Shown in pieces: positions 59,009 through 64,000 of a DNA stretch of 64,000 nucleotides (positions are counted from its first letter, which is position 1; each line of letters begins with the position of its first letter). The stretch spans positions 192,001 through 256,000 of the forward strand of contig JAHKLY010000001.1 in NCBI GenBank assembly GCA_020854825.1, given 5' to 3'. Origin of the DNA: Candidatus Micrarchaeota archaeon (GTDB taxonomy: Archaea; Micrarchaeota; Micrarchaeia; Anstonellales; JAHKLY01). The translations under genes and the position numbers were made by a program. The notes beneath the pieces were generated by a model. It ran no database searches. It saw nothing but the letters and a program-made list of their open reading frames with translations, and was not told the DNA's origin.

Positions 59009-60753
59009 AAAGAATAATAATAATCTCCTTTTTGTTTTTGTTCTCTGTCTAAAGCGCTGTCTTGTTTATTTATTCTTGGTCTTAAAGTATCTTTGTCTCT
59101 GCGCATAGTTATATTCATGCTTTTTAAGAATTGATTCATACCTTGTTTTTTCTTTAAAGGTGCGCTTGCATTTCCTTGTGTACTGCTTTCACCGTCAAAA
59201 ATCATTAATCTATCTGAAATTAGATCAATCAAAACAATATCATGGTCAACAACAAAAGCGCTTTTTGTTTCTGAATTTCCAATAACACTTCTTATTAAAT
59301 GAACAAAATGTAATCTTTGCTCAATATCTAAAAATGCAGAAGGTTCGTCAAATAAATAGATATCTGCTTCTTGTGATAAAGTTAACGTAATTGCAACTCT
59401 TTGCAACTCTCCTCCGCTTAATTGAGATAAAAATCTATCCATTAATTTTTCAATTCCTAATCTTCTTTGAGCTTCTTTGAAAATAAAATTATCTAATTTT
59501 TTAGATTCAAATAATTCTCTTACTTGCATATCTTCTTCTACTCTTACATATTGAGGTTTATATGCAATTTTCAAATCCATATCATATTCAGTATTTTCTG
59601 GTTTTTCTACTCCTGCTAGCATTTTAATAAATAAAGTTTTTCCAATAGCATTCCTACCTAAAATTCCGACTGTTTCTCCTAAATATATTTGTCCTTTTTC
59701 ACTTTTAAAATTAAAATTTTCAAAAGATTTTTCAAATTCAGGATATTCAATTCCTACTACTGATTTTTTAGTATCTGAAGCAGATCGTTTTTCAAATGTA
59801 ATTTCATAATTTCTAAATCTAACATTTTCATCTTTTAAATATCCTTGTAAATATTCATTTACTCCTAATCTTGCAGCTTTTATATTAGATATGATACCAT
59901 ATGCATTTTCTGTTCCGTAAAATACATTTACGTGGTCACACATATAATCTAATAATGCCATATCATGCTCAATTACAACTACTTTTTTTGTTTTGCTTAA
60001 TTCTTTTATTTTTGTAGATATTGACATTCTTTGTTCTATATCAAGATAAGAAGCAGGTTCATCAAAATAATATATATCTGCTTTTTTCATATATGCAGCA
60101 GCAATTGCTATTCTTTGCAACTCTCCTCCGCTTAATTTACTTACTTCCCTATTAATTATTTTATCTAATTGAAATTCTTTAATTGCTTCTTTTAAATTTT
60201 CTCCATCTACTTTACTTAAAAGTTCTTTTACAGTTCCTTTGAAAACATCAGATATTTTATCAACATGTTGTGGTTTATGAGATACTTCTATTTCTCCTAT
60301 TTTTAAAGATTTGAAATATGCTTGTTGAATAATAGACATTTTTTCTATTGCTAGATCTAATGTATACTCTTTTTCATATTCTCCAAAATTCGGGATTATT
60401 TGTTTTGATAAAATCTTTAATGCAGTTGATTTTCCTATCCCATTTTTTCCAATTAATCCTAATACTCCTTCTCTAGGTAAGGGTAATTTATATAATCTAA
60501 ATGAGTTAGCACCATATTGATAGATTGGTTCTCCTATTTCTTCTGCTAAATTAATGATTTCTATTGCACCTTCTGGGCATTTATTCGCGCATATTCCACA
60601 GCCAGTACATAGTTCTTCTGATATTTCTGGATATTCGTCTTCTCCTATTGTAACTGTTTCTTCACCCATTCTAACTCCTGGGCAGAATTTCTGGCATATG
60701 TACCCGCACACTTTTTTGGTACATTTAGTTTTATCAATAATTGCAAGTCTCAT
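59005..60753 (-). CDS. Ribosome recycling ATPase ABCE1 (RLI)
   Basis: N-terminal Fe-S Cys clusters; two NBDs with GKNGIGKS / GRNAIGKT and LSGGELQR. Confidence 0.96.
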   Translation of the reverse strand: MRLAIIDKTKCTKKVCGYICQKFCPGVRMGEETVTIGEDEYPEISEELCTGCGICANKCPEGAIEIINLAEEIGEPIYQYGANSFRLYKLPLPREGVLGLIGKNGIGKSTALKILSKQIIPNFGEYEKEYTLDLAIEKMSIIQQAYFKSLKIGEIEVSHKPQHVDKISDVFKGTVKELLSKVDGENLKEAIKEFQLDKIINREVSKLSGGELQRIAIAAAYMKKADIYYFDEPASYLDIEQRMSISTKIKELSKTKKVVVIEHDMALLDYMCDHVNVFYGTENAYGIISNIKAARLGVNEYLQGYLKDENVRFRNYEITFEKRSASDTKKSVVGIEYPEFEKSFENFNFKSEKGQIYLGETVGILGRNAIGKTLFIKMLAGVEKPENTEYDMDLKIAYKPQYVRVEEDMQVRELFESKKLDNFIFKEAQRRLGIEKLMDRFLSQLSGGELQRVAITLTLSQEADIYLFDEPSAFLDIEQRLHFVHLIRSVIGNSETKSAFVVDHDIVLIDLISDRLMIFDGESSTQGNASAPLKKKQGMNQFLKSMNITMRRDKDTLRPRINKQDSALDREQKQKGDYYYSF

Positions 60754-60783
60754 ACAATTCTTTTCTAGCTATGTTTTTTTAAA

Positions 60784-61407
60784 TTAAACCCTACTAGAGG
60801 GACAGAGGTTATTTAATTTACATTCTTTACATTTTGGTCTTCTTGCAATACAAATTTTTCTTCCATGTAAAATAAGTGCAATTGAAATAAAACTCCAATC
60901 TTTTTTATCAAATACGTTTATTAAATCTTTTTCAATTTTTTCAGGATTTTTATTTTTAGTAAAACCTAGTAGATTAGATAAACGAGTTACGTGTGTATCT
61001 ACAACTATACCTTGAGTTTTATTAAAAAAAGATTGTAAAACAACATTTGCTGTTTTTCTTCCAACTCCTGGTAATTTAGTTAAATTTATCATATTGTTTG
61101 GTATTTTTCCATTAAATTCTTTAACCACTGTTTGAGCCATTGATTTTAGTCGTTTAGCTTTTGTTTTATAATATCCAGAGGAATAAATTAATTTTTCTAA
61201 TTCATCTAATTTTGTATTTGCTAATTTTTTAACATTTGGATATTTTTTAAAAAGCGCAGGAGTTATTTTATTAATTTGAACATCGGTAGCTTGCGCAGAT
61301 AACATAGTTGCGACTAATAATTGATAAGCGTTTTTATGCTTAAGCGCTGTTTTTGCTTCTGGATATTCTTTTTTTAAGATTTTTATTATTTTTTCATGTT
61401 TTTTCAT
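60784..61407 (-). CDS. nth: Endonuclease III
   Basis: LSAQATD, LPGVGRKTAN, VDTHV, C-terminal 4Fe-4S motif. Confidence 0.95.
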   Translation of the reverse strand: MKKHEKIIKILKKEYPEAKTALKHKNAYQLLVATMLSAQATDVQINKITPALFKKYPNVKKLANTKLDELEKLIYSSGYYKTKAKRLKSMAQTVVKEFNGKIPNNMINLTKLPGVGRKTANVVLQSFFNKTQGIVVDTHVTRLSNLLGFTKNKNPEKIEKDLINVFDKKDWSFISIALILHGRKICIARRPKCKECKLNNLCPSSRV

Positions 61408-62467
61408 ATTGTTCTTCTCCAAAATGTTTAAAACATGTATTATACCAATGACTTTCTTTATCAATATTTTTACAAATTGTTAGATTATTTTTATTTCTTG
61501 CTAAAGTGTATATACATGCATTTCTTGCTGATCCATAATCACAAATAGATACATTATTCATTATTTTTGCAAGAGAATTATAACAACTATCTTTACTATA
61601 ATCTGTTATTTTATTACAAATACTTACATTTTGTTGTTTTTCTGCAACTCTTGAATAACATACGTTTTTATAAAACTCAATTTCTTCACAAATACTATCG
61701 TTTCCTGAATTTACCGCCAAATTTAAATAACATTTTTCAATATCTAATCTATTAGTTGTTAAATTTAAATTTTGACAATAAACAATATGTTCTGGTAAAT
61801 ATATCGAATTACTTATACAATATTCATATTCTTCGCCTTTCAAATAATTACAAAAACTAATATTTTTATTATTTAAAGCAAGAGTAGCATAACAATCTTT
61901 TTTTCTATAGTTACTTAAATTATGGCAATATACAATATGTTCCTTTTTGAAAACATTTTGTATTATGCAGTATTCTTCATTTTCTAAAAGATGGCAATAT
62001 TTTGGATTTTTAACTGTTTTATAATCAAAAGTTATATGACAAGGCATTTCTTGTGTTTTATATTTTTCTTCTAAATCATTATTTTTACATTCTGATCCAT
62101 TTGTGTGAACACATCTTACAATCGTACCTAATTCAAAAGAATTATTATTATAATGTATAATTAATGAATAATTTGAACTGCTAACCGTTCCCCAACAAAC
62201 TTGTATTCCTCCGGGGATAAAATCGTAATATGGTGAATAAGAGATATTTTCTAAAGTTGTTTCCTGGATTTTAATTTGCGTGTTGTTTTTAAAATAATTA
62301 TCTAATGTTTTTTGCGCGCTTAAATTATATGTTTCATTACTAATCTCTTTTATCGGAAAATTTTTAGATAACCTGTATTTATCATCTGCTGTTCTATCAT
62401 AGAATATACACCCAAATAAAAATAGTAAAACAAATCCACAATATATTATTTTTTTATAGTTTTTCAT
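61394..62467 (-). CDS. Lipoprotein-like protein with tandem Cys-rich helical repeats
   Basis: Lipobox-like LFLFGC; repeats such as CY..LA....N.S.C..I. Confidence 0.75.
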   Translation of the reverse strand: MKNYKKIIYCGFVLLFLFGCIFYDRTADDKYRLSKNFPIKEISNETYNLSAQKTLDNYFKNNTQIKIQETTLENISYSPYYDFIPGGIQVCWGTVSSSNYSLIIHYNNNSFELGTIVRCVHTNGSECKNNDLEEKYKTQEMPCHITFDYKTVKNPKYCHLLENEEYCIIQNVFKKEHIVYCHNLSNYRKKDCYATLALNNKNISFCNYLKGEEYEYCISNSIYLPEHIVYCQNLNLTTNRLDIEKCYLNLAVNSGNDSICEEIEFYKNVCYSRVAEKQQNVSICNKITDYSKDSCYNSLAKIMNNVSICDYGSARNACIYTLARNKNNLTICKNIDKESHWYNTCFKHFGEEQYEKT

Positions 62468-62475
62468 AATCTCAC

Positions 62476-62841
62476 TTATTCCTCAATAATTTTATAATCA
62501 GTAGAATCCATGCCTAATTTTTCAGCTTCTTCTACTTGTTTTAAACCTGTTTTTTTATTGTATTTAAGAAAAACGTCCTCTCCTGAGTTTTCTATAATCA
62601 ATTTATGCGCAGCATGGCCTATTGATACTATGTCTGAACTTAATAATATGCCAATATTTTGTGCTATTATATCTCCAGGATTGTCTTCACAATCACATTT
62701 TTTAGTAATATTTTTAACATATGAAATACAATAGGATTTTTTAAAATTAGAATATGCAGCATTTGCACCTTCTGCTAATAATGTATCAAAATAATATACT
62801 TCAGACATTAAATTACCTATTGGTTTGAATTCCATCGTCAA
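62476..62841 (-). pseudogene. C-terminal fragment of a DUF362-like Fe-S protein
   Basis: NITKKCDC...NIGILLSSDIVSI..AA...AEKLG; the N-terminal part is absent. Confidence 0.55.
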
Positions 62842-62881
62842 ACTTTACTATTATTTTGACGATACACAAAGTAAACTTTAA

Positions 62882-64000
62882 TTATAAATTAATTGCCCAT
62901 TTATAAAATGGAATAACATTAATTCCATTTATCTTTTTTTCTTCATTCCATGTTATTATATATTTATTTTTTGCCTTTATTTTATTTAATGCATTAACCT
63001 CTCTTTCAGTAGCTCCATTAAGTTCATAACAAACCTGAACTGCAGTGTTTTTATAATAAAAATCAATTTCATAACCATTTTTTTGATAATATGGAGTTAT
63101 TCCATTAAATAATAAATGAAGAAAAACTGCGTTTTCTAATCTTTTATCCACATCCTTCATAAATAAAAATCCCTTCGCTTCTATTAGACCATTATCTATA
63201 CAATACACTTTTTTCGGATTCACACTTTGTTGTTTTAATGAAAAAGCAAACATTTTAACAAATAAAAACAAATATGTTTCTTGAAAATATGAAGAAAATC
63301 TTTCGATTGTATCGTGGGATACTTTCATAAATTTTGAGATTCTATTAAATACATGAAGGTTTGCAGTATTACTTAAATAATATATGGCAAGTTCATTTAA
63401 TTTATCAAATTCTTTTATTTTGTACCTTGAAATTATATCTCTATTTATTAAATCTAAAAAATAAGTTTCAAGAATTATTTTTTTTTCATTAGATAATACA
63501 ATTTTTGGAAATCCTCCCCATTTTAAATATTCTTTTGTTTCATTTAAAATTTCATTTTTCTTAAAGATTAATTCATTTTTTTCTCCTGTTAAAATTCCCT
63601 TAAAATTAAGAAATTCCTTTAAGTCTAAAGGATAAACAGTCATATTAATATGTCTCCCTGTGAGCAGTGTTCCATATTCTTTACTTATAAAATTAGAAAC
63701 TGAAGCAGTGATTATAATTGTTTCATAATCTCCTTTTTCATGAATAGAACGCACAAATTTTTCCCAACCCGAAATTTTTTGTACTTCATCTAAAAAAAGA
63801 TAAGTTTTATTTTTTGGATTTATATTTATTTTATATGTTTCATATATTTTGTGTAAAAATTCAAGATTTAAATTTAAAAATCTTGATTCTTCAAAATTTA
63901 TATACAAAATTTTTTTTGTCTCTTTTTTTGATAAAGAATTAATGAACTGTTTTATTAATGTGCTTTTACCTGATCTTCTTGGCCCCGTAATTGTTACTAT
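62882..64000 (-). CDS. AAA_14/DUF4143 ATPase, 5' end outside the window
   Basis: Frame open to the window edge: ITGPRRSGKST, LFLDEVQ, LTGRH, GGFP, KVYCIDNG, ENAV, EIDF. Confidence 0.9.
   Translation of the reverse strand: MVTITGPRRSGKSTLIKQFINSLSKKETKKILYINFEESRFLNLNLEFLHKIYETYKININPKNKTYLFLDEVQKISGWEKFVRSIHEKGDYETIIITASVSNFISKEYGTLLTGRHINMTVYPLDLKEFLNFKGILTGEKNELIFKKNEILNETKEYLKWGGFPKIVLSNEKKIILETYFLDLINRDIISRYKIKEFDKLNELAIYYLSNTANLHVFNRISKFMKVSHDTIERFSSYFQETYLFLFVKMFAFSLKQQSVNPKKVYCIDNGLIEAKGFLFMKDVDKRLENAVFLHLLFNGITPYYQKNGYEIDFYYKNTAVQVCYELNGATEREVNALNKIKAKNKYIITWNEEKKINGINVIPFYKWAINL

Overview
A strongly AT-rich archaeal chromosomal segment. The gene set (ftsZ-secE-spt5, aIF5B, aIF5A-rps24e-rps27ae-kae1, Sm, Hjc, DnaG, ABCE1, form III RuBisCO with AMP phosphorylase and R15P isomerase, minimal porGDAB) points to a DPANN, probably Micrarchaeota-like, organism; the taxon is inferred. 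Four things stand out. (1) All three tRNA genes are multiply interrupted: Ala-GGC has 2 introns, Tyr-GTA 3 and Val-GAC 3, at positions 15/16, 37/38, 58/59 and 59/60. Some intron sequences resemble a TA-flanked, MITE-like palindromic element at 45011-45250 and a hairpin stack at 34597-34706. (2) Three large lineage-specific proteins (921, 469 and 1301 aa) end in long runs of amphipathic beta-strands that look like outer-membrane beta-barrels. Two of them are clear paralogues and flank an 825-aa CARDB surface protein. (3) Bacterial-type modules occur in an archaeon: an apparently intact GAF-GGDEF diguanylate cyclase, a tandem peptidoglycan-binding protein, a NAGPA-family phosphodiester glycosidase and UppP. 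(4) A cysD-HIT-cysN sulfate-activation cluster carries a sharply bounded GC-rich recombination patch. Also present are several decayed pseudogenes and a four-copy operator-like repeat upstream of an AAA+ ATPase. No rRNA, CRISPR array or transposase was seen. All calls are from motif reading by eye; no searches were run.
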